DNA of 56,642 nt, the filler included, from Sphacelaria rigidula (taxonomy: Eukaryota), in NCBI GenBank assembly GCA_964200075.2. It is 4 parts of 4 records of this genome, joined end to end, with 100 filler letters (N's around TTAATTAATTAA, not from the genome) between each part and the next. Parts side by side here need not be neighbours in the genome. Positions count along the whole stretch, not along the records: positions 14,192 to 28,279 come from CAXNAA020002465.1; positions 28,380 to 42,462 come from CAXNAA020002466.1; 2 more parts are not named here. The stretch is one strand, 5' to 3'. The position numbers and the translations under genes are program-made. Below, one piece after another: positions 24,730 through 36,875 of the stretch. Below the pieces are notes generated by a model. That model had not been told where the DNA came from. It saw only the letters and a program-made list of their open reading frames with translations, and made no database searches. Within the stretch, counting starts at the first letter, position 1; the number at the start of each line of letters is the position of its first letter.

Positions 24730-25766
24730 TATCCCGGGGCGCGACACCTTTTCGGTTAAAACAAAAGTGGCTATTGGGGGTTCGAACAGTTTGAGCAACA
24801 GGTGGTTGATGCCATGGATGTTCTAGAGGTGATCGAACACGACAAGCAAATAGTGTTTGAGGTGGACCACTTTGCGGGACACGCGAAAAAGCGTGAGGAT
24901 GGATTGCATACATCCCATATGAACGTCAAATACGGGGGTAAGCAGAATATACTACGGGATACAATAATGACGGGGGGGGGTTCGGTACGGCGCAGGCGAC
25001 CATGCATGAATCGACAAAAGTGGAGCACAAAGAACAGCCCAGGAGCCACACCTACGGCGAAGAAGCTCGCCGTAGGTCAAACACAACGCATGACGTTTCA
25101 GCCGGGTGACCCCCCACCTTTCTAAGATGTGGATGCCCCCACCGTAGACTCGAAAATGGTACGAGAGAAAACATCGAAAAAGAACAGCGTTTTCGTTTCA
25201 GAAGGCGGGAGAACGGAGGAGTGGATAAAAGAGGGCTACGTTGGCAAAGGGAAGGGTATGAGGCAGGTATTATGGGAGCGCGGATTGTGGGTGGACAAGA
25301 TGGGGACGGGAGAGAAGGTGGCGCCGAAGAAGAACGTGGCAACCGTCCTGGGAAAGTTACCGGATTTTGGGACGAGAGAACGGCACTGCAGCACACCGTA
25401 GACAGCCGTGGCCACATTCTGGTGCTATCGTCAAAGTGCCACCCAGAGGTTGCAGGGGTTAGGGTCGAATTTTCATGGGGGATATCGAAGCAGCACTTTC
25501 GGCGGGGGATTAACGATGAGGTGCCAAAAAACCACATGCTAATATCGCCAAGTCCCTGTGCCGCATCGCAATTTTGACGCTGGGCCGAGTGCGACGCTTT
25601 GCGCGACCCACTCGAGACTACTGCCGGGCATACCGTGAGATGGCGAAAATCAAACGCAGGTGGCGACGTACTCGAGGGGAAGACCGGGATCGAGGCGATG
25701 CACAAGAGGCACAAGGCACACCGCAACATCCTAGACATTGAGCCCGGGTTCATCAACACGCAGTGA
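24730..25766 (+). pseudogene. Decayed, 5'-truncated Tc1/IS630-superfamily (DDE) transposase
   Basis: Motifs G*NKSGYW, FEVDHFAGH, KGMRQVLWERGLW, PDF, RGHILVLSSKCHPEVAGVRVEFSWG, RVRRFAR..RDYCRAY and KAHRNILD spread over frameshifts and stops. Confidence 0.82.
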
Positions 25767-26011
25767 CGAGCTGGATTGTTGCAATCAGCTACGTAATGCA
25801 AGATAATCAGATTGTGTTGTATGTGGTTGTGTTTGTGTGTGTTTGATGCTGCTGTTGTTGTCGTTATTAATGTTTTTGTTTTTGTTGCTGTCGCCGCTTC
25901 CTCTTCTTTTTTCCTTTCTGTGGCTGTTGCTTCTGTCTTCTTTTGTTTCTCTCCTTTTTTCATTCTTCTGTCCATTTTTGTTGCTGCTCCTGACCACGGG
26001 CTGGACTGTTG

Positions 26012-26837
26012 CAAGGGTAGGTCGAGTAGAGTATGTACTTTTGAGTACTCGAGTGAAATACTCGAGTATATACTCTACTCGACCTTTGAGTAGGTCGAGT
26101 ACGGCCTCAAATACTCTACTCAAATTTTGAGTACGTAGAGCATGATCTCAAATACTCTACTCAATTTTTGAGTACATCGAGTACGGCCTCAAATACTTTA
26201 CTCAAATATTGAGTAATCACTCTCAGTAATACTTGAGTATAGCGCACCCCTTGGGTATGTTGAGTACCCCTGACCGTCGGCGACTTCGTGACGTCACTTT
26301 ACAGACTATGTTGAGTGCATGGGCAAACGATGGCCATACAAAAATAAAAATAAAAGCGTGCAGGTGAATGAACCTACCTGCCCCAGCGCCCCCTCTCACC
26401 GGCCCCCGCCCACGGCAGTTCATACTCGATGCCTCGCAACGCCTTTGATATTACTTTCAGTAAAGAGCGCTACTCACCATTATGGAGTAATCGAATAGAC
26501 GAGTAGTCGAGTAGGTATTATCAAAATAAGCGACTCCACTGGCCACATATGTGACTCCTCGATGGGAGAGTCAGCGGTGGAAACAGTGCAAGACGGGAAA
26601 ACATCGCAACAGTCACCAGAGGAATAAAGACGTTGAAGTTATAGGTTTCGGTACATCGGACCCGGCCTCCGATACTCCACTCAAGTTTTGAGTACGTTGA
26701 GTACGGCCTCAAAAACTCTACTCAAATTTTGAGTACGTTGAGTATGATCTCAAATACTCTACTCAGACTTCGAGTACTAAAAGTATGACTCTTAAAAAAT
26801 ACGGAGTATTGAGTATACTCTACTCGACCTACCCTTG
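26012..26837. mobile_element. hAT-like non-autonomous element with GAGTA/TACTC subterminal repeats
   Basis: TIR CAAGGGTAGGTCGAGTAGAGTAT, 8-bp TSD GACTGTTG/GATTGTTG. Confidence 0.88.
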
Positions 26838-26864
26838 GATTGTTGCTATCAGCTGATGTGAGAT

Positions 26865-26865
<1 letters not shown>

Positions 26866-26909
<44 letters not shown>
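26866..26909. repeat. (AATC)n microsatellite
   Basis: About 11 tandem AATC units. Confidence 0.95.
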
Positions 26910-27275
26910 GTCAGTGACGACGCGAGTTTGCAGTGGCGGAGGAGACGAGGCGGAGGTGCGCCGTGAGGACGGGAGTCGAGGAGGGGAAGAAGGGAAGTCT
27001 CTGACTGATGGCGGCCTGTGCCATATTTACTCCTACGTTCTTAGTAAGAGCATTCGTATTCTTATTCAATGTTAGATAAATATGATACTGAGTGAAGGGC
27101 TATGCTCATTACGCACCCGTACATGATTGCAAGTGAGCGAGTGTTCATGTGTATAGGCCTGTACTCTTTTGTTGGATTCAGGGGCGGATTTTAGTGGGTG
27201 TTACAGGTCCTCATACAGTGTAATAGTCGTTGCCTACCACATCCGGTACGACTGGACGTGCGGGACTCATTTTTT

Positions 27276-27444
27276 CAGGGGTCTACACGTTACACGTTCA
27301 CGTTATGTTCCATACGTGAAAACAATTTGACGTTCACGTTACGTTCATAACGTAAAAAAAAGTCACGTTCACGTTACGTTTCGGCGAAAACGTCACGTGG
27401 ACGTAGCGTGTAACGCTGTGGCACGTGTAACGTGTAGACTCCTG
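27276..27444. mobile_element. 169-bp MITE derivative of the same CAGGGGTCTACACG family
   Basis: Same TIRs and ACGT-rich interior; flanks ATTTTTT/ATTTTGT. Confidence 0.85.
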
Positions 27445-28279
27445 ATTTTGTTTCCAATACGTCCTACTTCTGTGACAATATTCCGCGGCATCACCACTTG
27501 CCGTCCCGAGCTTTCCGCCAGGTTCGGGATCGAGAGATGTTGAACGAAGAACCGTTTAATCTGCTCTTGGAAGCCGTTGGAGGCATTTAAGATTGCGGCT
27601 CTGGCATAAATCATTATATTAATTTTCCCAAGGAGGCGTTGTTCCGGCGGTGAAACGTCGCTATGATTCTGAGTGTACGTCGTGCCGTCGTCGCTGGCCT
27701 TCATCTCTCGTGTGCTGGAAAGAGGCCTGCAAAATACTTCCCGAATCTCAACCCTCCCGGTTCGAATGACTCATTCTCAGATCAATTTTAAGAGCAGCAC
27801 TTCAAACTTTTGTATGGGGAAAGTCTACAGCATAACCACAAGAACATGTGGGACAAAGCGGCTAGTTTTCTTCCATTCGTAAAAGGTAACACTCAAGATC
27901 CAGTGGAGTGAACACAAAAACATGAAGATGTGGGGTTCATATTGTAGTTGTTTCATTACTTTAAGGCAACAATCACGAGCTATTTTCAAGTGAAACGTGC
28001 GCAGTCATGCCAAGAAAAAAAATCTCGGCCGAAAAAGCGTTTTTTTGTGCTCTCTTTATGCCCCGTGCACTTTTAGAGTCCACCTGGGAAATAGAGGGTA
28101 GCAGGGGCCTGTAACCTGCAGATTCTCCCCAACGGACACTGCCCAGGCTTGTACGAGCTTGGCCAGTACAAACTAACTTCAACTTTCTGAGCTCTGTTTT
28201 CTTAATCGTGTTTGAAACTTAGCAAGGGTCGGACAAATAATGATTCGTCTGGAAATTACTTGGTTTTAGTATGATGAGT

Positions 28280-28379
28280 NNNNNNNNNNNNNNNNNNNNN
28301 NNNNNNNNNNNNNNNNNNNNNNNTTAATTAATTAANNNNNNNNNNNNNNNNNNNNNNNNNNNNNNNNNNNNNNNNNNNN
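28280..28379. other. Artificial scaffold linker
   Basis: Same N44-TTAATTAATTAA-N44 spacer. Confidence 0.97.
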
Positions 28380-29800
28380 ATGAAAGTCATTTGTCATGAA
28401 TTTAAGTCAGGGAAAGCACGGCTTTTAAGTTGAACCTCATTTGTTTTTTCAACCCCATTTTCGAAAATCGGCTATGAAATGCGTTTCAACATTCCTGGTG
28501 GCTTCTTGGGCGGCCTAGCCTGTATATAATATTCAGACTTACGCAAAAAAGAAAAAAAACAGAACAGAATCCGACATATTTTTCGCCCCAATATGCGCGC
28601 ACACACCGTGCAACCCCAGATTCAGCAAGATGGGGTCGTTGTTTGTAGTCTGCATGGCATGTCGAAGTTTCAGCACGTAAAAGCACGAACAGCGCTTGCA
28701 CGGTCGTGTCTCCTGAAGTGAGCACCTCTACAGGCGATACCAAGATAGGTACCGCGTAGAATGACATCATCCAGAGTGTGCACAATACGGATCGATGTGT
28801 TCGTTTGCTGGGGCAGGAGCCACCCAGCAGGAAATGAGCGTACCTGCGTGTCAACATATGCATCCACTGACGTCTCACGCGGTCTGGGCCGAAGGGACTG
28901 CGTTTTGAGGGCGTATCGATGGCATTACCCAAAATCCGTATTGCTTCGTGATACTAGCGTACAATGTAAAACGTGCCGCCGCTCCGGGAATATGCTGTCT
29001 GTGTTGTGGTCTACCTCTGTGCCAAGTTTCAGGCTGGTTACGACAGACGCGGCGGAGAAATCCACAAGCAAAATAACTCTTGATTTGTACTGAAAATACA
29101 GTACTAAACCCTGTTAAACCGTCGAAAGATACATGATGAGGTGCGTATGATTTGTGTATGCGGGAATCTTGGCAGTTCACTTGCTTCTTTTTGTTTTGGC
29201 GCAAGACTGTTTAACTCGGTGATATCGAGAAAAAACCCAGAACACCTGGGCGAATTGTGGGTGAGGCGCAATCGCCGAAGTATTCACCTGCAAACTCTTC
29301 TCCATTGCACTGTACGTTGACATCGCTAGAAGGACACTACCATAATCACCTTGCCGGCTGCCCGACTGCACCAAGCACACTCGACGTCGACCGCATCCCC
29401 TAAGCTTGATGCAAACCGTTGTAACGGATCATTCATGAATGCATCCCCTGAAGGAGGTAAACGGAATTTGCACCATTGCTAGTGCAGCAGGCACTGGCCG
29501 ACGATAAAAGTCAGCGCAGCCGTAACGCTTGGTACAGTCTAGGAAAGGTACGGGACAACATTATGGCGCGCCTGTCGATTCGCAGCACGGCACGCATAGT
29601 GACGTATCACAGACAGCTCTAGTATGAGCAGTCGCAGTATGTGCATGAGCAGCCATGCGCCTGGGTGAAGGGGAACACAGGTTACTGCACTACCTATAAC
29701 CGCCAGCAAGATTTGGTGAGGCAAGGGACGTGAGCGGTACGGTACCTAGTATGGTCACTGTGCAGAACCTTGTCTCACGTTACCCCGCACACATATGCTC

Positions 29801-29912
29801 CACGGGTGGCCACTGGGGTGCCTGCAACCTCAAATTTGGACGTCACAGACATCGCACAAGGTCTGTATACCGTCCAAATTTGAGGTTACAGGCACCCCAG
29901 TGGCCACCCGTG
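29801..29912. repeat. 112-nt near-perfect hairpin (pre-miRNA-like or tiny CAC...GTG MITE)
   Basis: 42-bp stem with one mismatch, continued by an ACAGAC/GTCTGT inner stem. Confidence 0.9.
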
Positions 29913-31322
29913 TCGCTACTTCGCATACTACTATAATACTGTGACAAAATATCGCACCCCGGGTGAACCTTGTCAACGTCGGGTTTCTCAGAGCCTTCAT
30001 TGATCGCGCGGCCGGCCGTTGTGCCTTTGATATATTCGCTTGGCATGTATCAATGAACTAGATCTTTCAGGATTACAGGGTATCAATTTAGGAGAAAATC
30101 AAAGTTGAAAATCGAGCGTGCGGGGGTGCCATCCACCGAGACCGGAACTAAGTCCCATGTTACACAACCCACAAACAACAGTTGGGGCAGCGAAAAACAG
30201 TGCGGCGTAATACGCAGCCGAATAGGGCGCACCATTGTTTTTTGTGGTTCTGCACTGCACTACTCTGTGCAGTGTAGGGCACCCCGGATAGCAGCTGCTG
30301 CCGTTTTGTGCAGTTGTAGGTTTGATGTTTGTGTTAGGGGGGAGTTAAGTAACGCCTTAAAGTTGCACCTTGAATAAAGGAACGGGCGCTCGTAAGGTGT
30401 TCTCATACTCTCCCAGCAATCCACAGGCTCACTCCTCAGAGGAATTTGTGGTAAGAGAGTAATCTTCGCGTGTTCACTTCAGTACCTCATTCTCTGCCGT
30501 TGCCGCCGTAAAAATACGACTCACAACCCTTCACCCCGATACTGGAACGCTGGCTCCTCAACTTTTCACTTTACTGACTGTAATCTATGTTGTTCAAAAA
30601 CAGTGTATATTCTCACCCCGAGTGGTGGTATGGAAGTGAGCAGATGGCAGCGGCAACTGCTGTGTGTCCAGGTGCCTATTGGAGCAGGAAATCGCCGAAA
30701 TATTCACCTGTAAGCTCTGCTCCGGTGCACTGTAAGTTGGCATCGCTAGAAGGACACTACCATTACCACCTTGACGGCTGCCAGACTCTTACAGAGTCTC
30801 AGGACGTAGGATCCGCTAGCATTGCTACTGTCTGTCCAGGGGTGTTGCCTCCTTGTCAGATACGTTTTGGAGCATGATACTAGACGAAGATCACCCCTCC
30901 TTGTACATGGGCATATACCATTTCGCACGATTCCGAGCCTACTGTTTTCTTGTCCTCGTAACAAAAATGCGTCCTCATTTTTCAGGACTTCCTGTTCTTG
31001 TCCCTCTGTGCTCTTTCATCACGGAAAAACAATACCTGCGAAGATATCGACCTAGAGGAAGGAGTTGGGTTCCACTTTCACCGGCGAGCATATCACTGGC
31101 CGTAACGTGCAGGTAGTGATAAACCGGAAACGGACAGGTATGCATCTGACCCGTTGTTGCACTGGCAACAACTGTTAAAGCAGTCGCCTCATGTTGAGAA
31201 TTTATACTGCACATGGACGCGACACCTTTGTATCTTCAGCGAAGAGCGCCCTATTGATCATCGGAAGCGTGAGCAATACACCACAGCCGCGGTATTTCTA
31301 CTCTTAAAAATACCTCGGTTAG

Positions 31323-31438
31323 CCCTTCTGGAACACTGAGGATTTTTACTTTTGTGAATCGGCATCATTTCAAGTCATTTTCAAGTCAAAATGATGCCAA
31401 TTCAAGAAACCAAAAATTGTCAGTGGGTTCCAAAAGGG
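31323..31438. mobile_element. piggyBac-like MITE
   Basis: CCCTT.TGGAAC...GTTCCAAAAGGG ends, palindromic interior, flanks TTAG/TTAA. Confidence 0.6.
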
Positions 31439-31928
31439 TTAAACCACCTACGCGACATGAGTTAATTTAACAAGTGCGAATCAACACCCCAGCCTATGTA
31501 CAGCATCGAACAGTACAGTGCACCATCCTGCATGTATTGCCATGCTTATGAACTTGCCTTTCAAAACATTTTCGACAAGTTCTTCTCGAATATTGGCGCA
31601 TCGATGGCAACGGGTTGAGAGTTACATCAGACCCTCAACCGGAATACACTTGAAAACTATACAGCATGGCAAGGAGCTCACGACCGTCCCAACAGTGACC
31701 GCCTGCTATTCAAATCTGGCGTTCGACGGACTAGATGCAAAGAAAGATGCCTAGCAAATGAGTCTCCCGCCACCCAATGCGCCCTCAGTAGTAAAAATGA
31801 CTTCAACACCACAGCAGTAGCCCAATACTGTCTGCTTCAAATTTGGCATCACGCCTGAACTATCCGCTCGTATCCGTTACTGCTGAATTCGCTGGACTTT
31901 CATACCTACATTGACGCTCAACTCATAC

Positions 31929-32711
31929 CTACCGGCGCACTTCCGATTTCATTCGTTTCCCAACACTACTCTTGTGTCTGCCTTCCCCGTCTCTCTCCTG
32001 TCCCTTACGTTTCAAATCGTCGGTGGCGTTTCCCTTTGCAGCCTGTGCCGTGTTGGCCTGAGCTTCAGAACTAGCATCCGTTGAGGCCGCCCCCACCTGT
32101 TGATTTCTCTTATTCTCCGTTCCCTTGCCCTCACTTGTCGCCGCTTTCCCTGGCATTTCCACAGGAGGTTGACCGTCCGGTGCATGAGCGACCGATGCGG
32201 CAGCGAGCTCCTTGCTATCTGCAGCTGCATCATCATCACCCCTAGGCAGCTTGGGAGACGCCGGTGACTGCTTTACAACTACCGAAGGGTTTGGGACTCC
32301 CGCTGCATTCGCTTCCTGCGGCAGCTCATGGCCCAGCTCATGGTCCGTTTTGCTTTCAGCCTCGGTCTTCATCCTCGAGCGAATGCGTGTGCTTATCTCC
32401 GATCCCGCCAAAACATAAGTCGCGCGAACCGCCTTCTGGTGAGCGGGCGACGTGTCTCCTGCAGGCTCTGGACCAACGACTGTTGCCTCACCTCCTTCTG
32501 TTTCCTCTTCCACATTTTCCTGTTGCTTTTGAGGACCAGATACTGGGCTTGCTACGGGACAGGTAGAAGCCGACTGCTCTGGGTTGGAGCTCACAACCCC
32601 TGCGGGAGAACCCGGCGACTTCTGTCGAACGTCTGGGCCAGATTGCTCCCGTTGATCTCTCGATCCCTCTTGCCCTCCAGCAGCGACCAACGATGTGTTT
32701 CTGGTATTCAT
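31929..32711 (-). CDS. Low-complexity hydrophilic ORF, probably a large or terminal exon of an unknown gene
   Basis: 260 uninterrupted codons with A/S/E/K/Q/P-rich composition and basic C-terminal clusters. Confidence 0.5.
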   Translation of the reverse strand: MNTRNTSLVAAGGQEGSRDQREQSGPDVRQKSPGSPAGVVSSNPEQSASTCPVASPVSGPQKQQENVEEETEGGEATVVGPEPAGDTSPAHQKAVRATYVLAGSEISTRIRSRMKTEAESKTDHELGHELPQEANAAGVPNPSVVVKQSPASPKLPRGDDDAAADSKELAAASVAHAPDGQPPVEMPGKAATSEGKGTENKRNQQVGAASTDASSEAQANTAQAAKGNATDDLKRKGQERDGEGRHKSSVGKRMKSEVRR

Positions 32712-33329
32712 CTCCGGTGCGAACGCTGGGTTCTGCAGCGACGGTTTTCAGGAGCGAATATTAGACTCTCAGCTGGGGTACAAGATCAATGACTTCGAAC
32801 CGATTGAGTTCATGACATGCGATCGATATCCACCATGATCCTCAGCGGCACAATCAATCATGCAACACTCGACATCACATCACTACGCCGTTCGACTTGC
32901 ACATGTTAACCGTGACTTGCCAAACGTGGATTCGATGTAGTCTTGATGCTAGAGGTTAGAACATATCAGCAGAAAACGGGCACGAGCGATGATGGTGCAG
33001 TCACTGAGTAACACATGCAGTGCCAAAGTCGACGTCAGCACTATTCCCTCGGGGTAGTCGTAAGAACTGACATCTCAGCATTTGTTTCACGCAAACTCCG
33101 CTACAAACGGATGAGAGCAATGATGCCGAGACGGACATACAACAAGATCATCTCCGTCTTGAACATGCGGCGCATATACGGTAGTGCAAAACCATAATAG
33201 GTGAGAGGTAACCGCATCATGTAGGTACCGTTCCGGAATACAAAACGCAGGTGAGAGTGGAGATGCATCTTCCAATTTTCGAATGATAAAAAGATGCAAT
33301 TCTTCCCATCTAAGGTCGCCCTGCCCACA

Positions 33330-33723
33330 TTGACCAATGTCATCAGCGCATGCAGCGCGAACGTAGTTTACGAAGGAATCCCATGTGTTTAAAAAGGATA
33401 ATTGGCAGCCAAATCACGAGCAGCAGGTGGCTGCCGCTCGGCTGTTGTTGTACTGTTTGAGAATGACATCAGCATTGCAGAGGCGAATGCAGTCTACGAA
33501 GGATTTGTGGTCAAGAAGGAGAACCGGAAGCCAGATCACGAGAGGCAAGTGGCTGCCGACTGGCTGCTGGTGTACTGTACCAGCAACCACTGGTACAGTG
33601 TGCATCAACAACCTGACGGCAGCAACCTGCTCCTCGTTATCTAGGCTTCCAATCCTACTTCTCAAACACGGGGAATCCTTCATAGACTGCAATCGCGTTG
33701 CATGCGCTGATGACATTGGTCAA
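33330..33723. repeat. ~125-nt unit present twice in direct and once in inverted orientation
   Basis: Units ~33330-33455, ~33461-33585 and inverted ~33592-33723; apex CTGTACCAG-CAACCA-CTGGTACAG. Confidence 0.85.
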
Positions 33724-36700
33724 ACTTCACTTCCTCGATTTCTGTCCATAATCTGTAGCACAATCGAAATGTTGAGATTTTCTTCACCTTGACATTACGA
33801 GTTTGGGCAGACACTCCAACACATCGAAAAACGTTCGGGCGGCTCCTGCTGATTTCAAGACAGCACTACGGAAATTAGCAAGGGTACATGGCCACACCGA
33901 ACAGTTGCAAGCGTCCTGTTATAGAGTGGAGTGATGTACTATGTGCGCAAATCGCGTTCGCCCGTGGTGAAGGTCTGCGTGCTGTTTGCTGCTGCAATTG
34001 ATCTCGAAAGCGTCAATATCCAGAATCCACCACCATCCAGTTTGGTCGGCTGAAGTACCATGTAACGATCTCTGGGCACAGGAAGAGAAAGCCGACTCGG
34101 GTCTATCCTATGGTCTTTAGCACAGGGAAGGTCGCACCGTTCGAAGGGGAAAGCCTGCACAGGAGGTCGATATTAAGAAAAGTGTGTGCGCTACTGAGGT
34201 CACGTCGGGTCTTAACGTTGCTACACGGAGGCTGCATGCTCACAAACAAGCAGAGCGCCACTAGTAGCACATCACCTGGAACGAAGCCTGGCACACACCT
34301 GCACGGCGTACTGTAGACCACGTCGAGGACTTTTCAACGTCTTTCGATTCGAGATGAAAGCGAAAAGCTGGAACAAATGCGTATCTGTGCCATCTTGAGT
34401 AATTGAGGTCCACTACTGTGAGCGGTAAAGTCGAGGCCGTGCCACCGCTTCTCTTGACACGTGTAGTCAATCGAGGAAAGGACACAACCCTGTCGCTTCG
34501 ACCTCGACAATTTCCACGCCAAATGGCAACGCAACAGAGAGGTACACAAGACTCAACATATGATCTGCATATTTGATTGCCGAGAGGCTTCACCTTGTCG
34601 CCATGCTTGTCGATCGGGAGTTATGATATGCCCAGACACAATCCAATATGACGATGCGCGAAAAAATCACGGCGGCAACAGCCAAGGGGCTGAAACCGAT
34701 CTTCAGGAATAATGCCTTCCCTGGACATGTCATTTGAGCGGATTATAAATACTTGGGTAGGCCTTTAAATCTTTGTTGGGCAGCCAAGGCCTAGAGCTTT
34801 CGATCGCACGCATACAAACAGGATCCACCGTAGATAGCGCCATGATGACTTGATGAGAGTCTTTGCAAAGGGCAGTGTATGGGACAAACCACTCCGTAAC
34901 TCAAAAACGACGCGTACCACGCGAAACTTATGAGCGACTTTTCACTCCTATCTTGAATTTTGCGATAATGACATGTCTCAACGCCTGCGTCCATGACGGC
35001 GGAAACACAAAATCACACTTGTGAAACGGACTTCCCCAAAAAACAATTATTCATTCGTTTCTCTATCGCCGGCACACTCTCAGCCTCCCCCTTTCTCGGG
35101 GTGAGTCCACGATCTCAAGGGATCAGCTCATCTCTCCCTCGGTGCAAGCCTGGACATTTGGTGTTTCGGGTCGGATCGGCACTCCCGTACCTCGTCGACT
35201 CTCGTCAAACAAATACAGTCAAATACTTCCATGCTTCTCGTATTCTCACGTTCTCAACGATGCAAAACAAACACCTTTGGGAGGGGAAAAAGGTTCAACA
35301 GATCTATCGAGAATCGAACGCGCACTTTCCCGACCTCATGGTTTCATTTATTCCACTGGATCATCAGGGCACGACAGCAATGTTGCATGCTGCAAAACCG
35401 TTCTTGCTCTACATAAGTGCACCAAATTGGAGATACACGAGTTGATGCTGCTGTTGAGACACACCAGTTGATGCTGCTGTTGCCAGTGCTGTGCAGTATC
35501 AAGACTATCGTTTCTCAGAAGATGTTGAGTCACTGAGAGTCTCCAAGTAAAGTGGGGAAAGCGAGCGTATGCCGCGTCATACAACATAGTGTACAATGGC
35601 AAGAGATACAAGTAGTCACCGTTTGTCAAACAAGCGTTGATACGTTTTTCTGCAACCAGGAACCACGCGTGGTCATGCCGAATTCATCGCGACAGGTGCC
35701 ATAGCAGAGTGTTTTTTTTCGTTGCCCTAAGCTGAACACATGCTCAGGTAGCCGTGCGATGCGCGTGCAAGTCTGGTTCCGCATCTGTACATGAAACGCG
35801 TATATTTGCTTGAGAAACCGGCTCTTCTCGACGGGGAGTTTCAAGGCGGCGAAAACGTTTGAACTGCTCATCTGAAGCACCTGGTAAGGGAAGAGCTATC
35901 CCAAATCAACTCGGTACCTGAGGAAACTCTCGTGTCGTTTGCCCATCCAGCTCCATGAACCATAATACCCAGGGAAAAGAAAAACGTAAAACGAGGTTTT
36001 CACCCATCAACCAATATCAGTCATCACCATATTGGCGGAGTCGGCAACGACATGGCAAACAATGGTGGAATCCACAGTAGCGCAAATGAAATCACCGTGA
36101 ATACCGAGTGCGACTAATCTTCCATCTAACGTGTCTTTTCAAGGACAGACCCTGCGTTAGAGTGAGTATGTTGTGCTGTGGGGAGGAAAGGCTGTTTGTA
36201 GTGGGATACACGGGTTCAAAATGCAGTAGGACAGCCGTTTAGTGAGTGATGTACTTGTTCAATCAGTGCGCGGCTTGTGGGAGTCTTCTGTACACGGGCA
36301 GAACGACAGATATTGAAAACATGACTGGTTCAGTAGACATGCACAATAATCTTGATGTAACTAACCTTCATGCTTTTTCTACATATGACCAGCTCGTGAC
36401 CGGGGCATGTCCCCCAAGCCTTGCTTACTCGTGGGACGTGCCGACCTAAAATTATTGCCTATAACCTGCGGTCTACGCTACACTAGTAGGCGGAATATCT
36501 CAACAACAACGCCTCGCTCGCAAACATCACGCCACAGGACAATTTTTGCACTTCTCAAAAATCGCCGTTGACGGTCGCTGAAATACAACAGACATTACTT
36601 ACCTTGTAATGACGGGGACACAAACTAGACGCAATATGCATTTGCACTGTGATGGCGGGTGTCAGTTATGCTGAAATATCGTTCCGGAGGGCAAGCTCAA

Positions 36701-36875
36701 CGCGCAAATCCTAGTAAGTCACATGTCGGTCAACGTCACGTTCAGAACTGTAAAATACAGTATATGTTTTGATACAAAAGCGCCCCCACCGTGAATAGCA
36801 ACCCCATACGAGTGTCTCGTGAGAAAACACCGCATGCTGCCGGCGGAACAATGTAAATGGGCAGCCGGTGCGTAC

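Noticed and set aside
25052-26014. 320-aa minus-strand ORF
   Set aside because: Antisense shadow of the transposase remnant plus simple repeats
26030-26830. GAGTA/TACTCAAAT repeats as a CRISPR-like array
   Set aside because: Units are irregular, occur in both orientations, lack unique spacers and lie inside TIRs with an 8-bp TSD, so they are subterminal repeats
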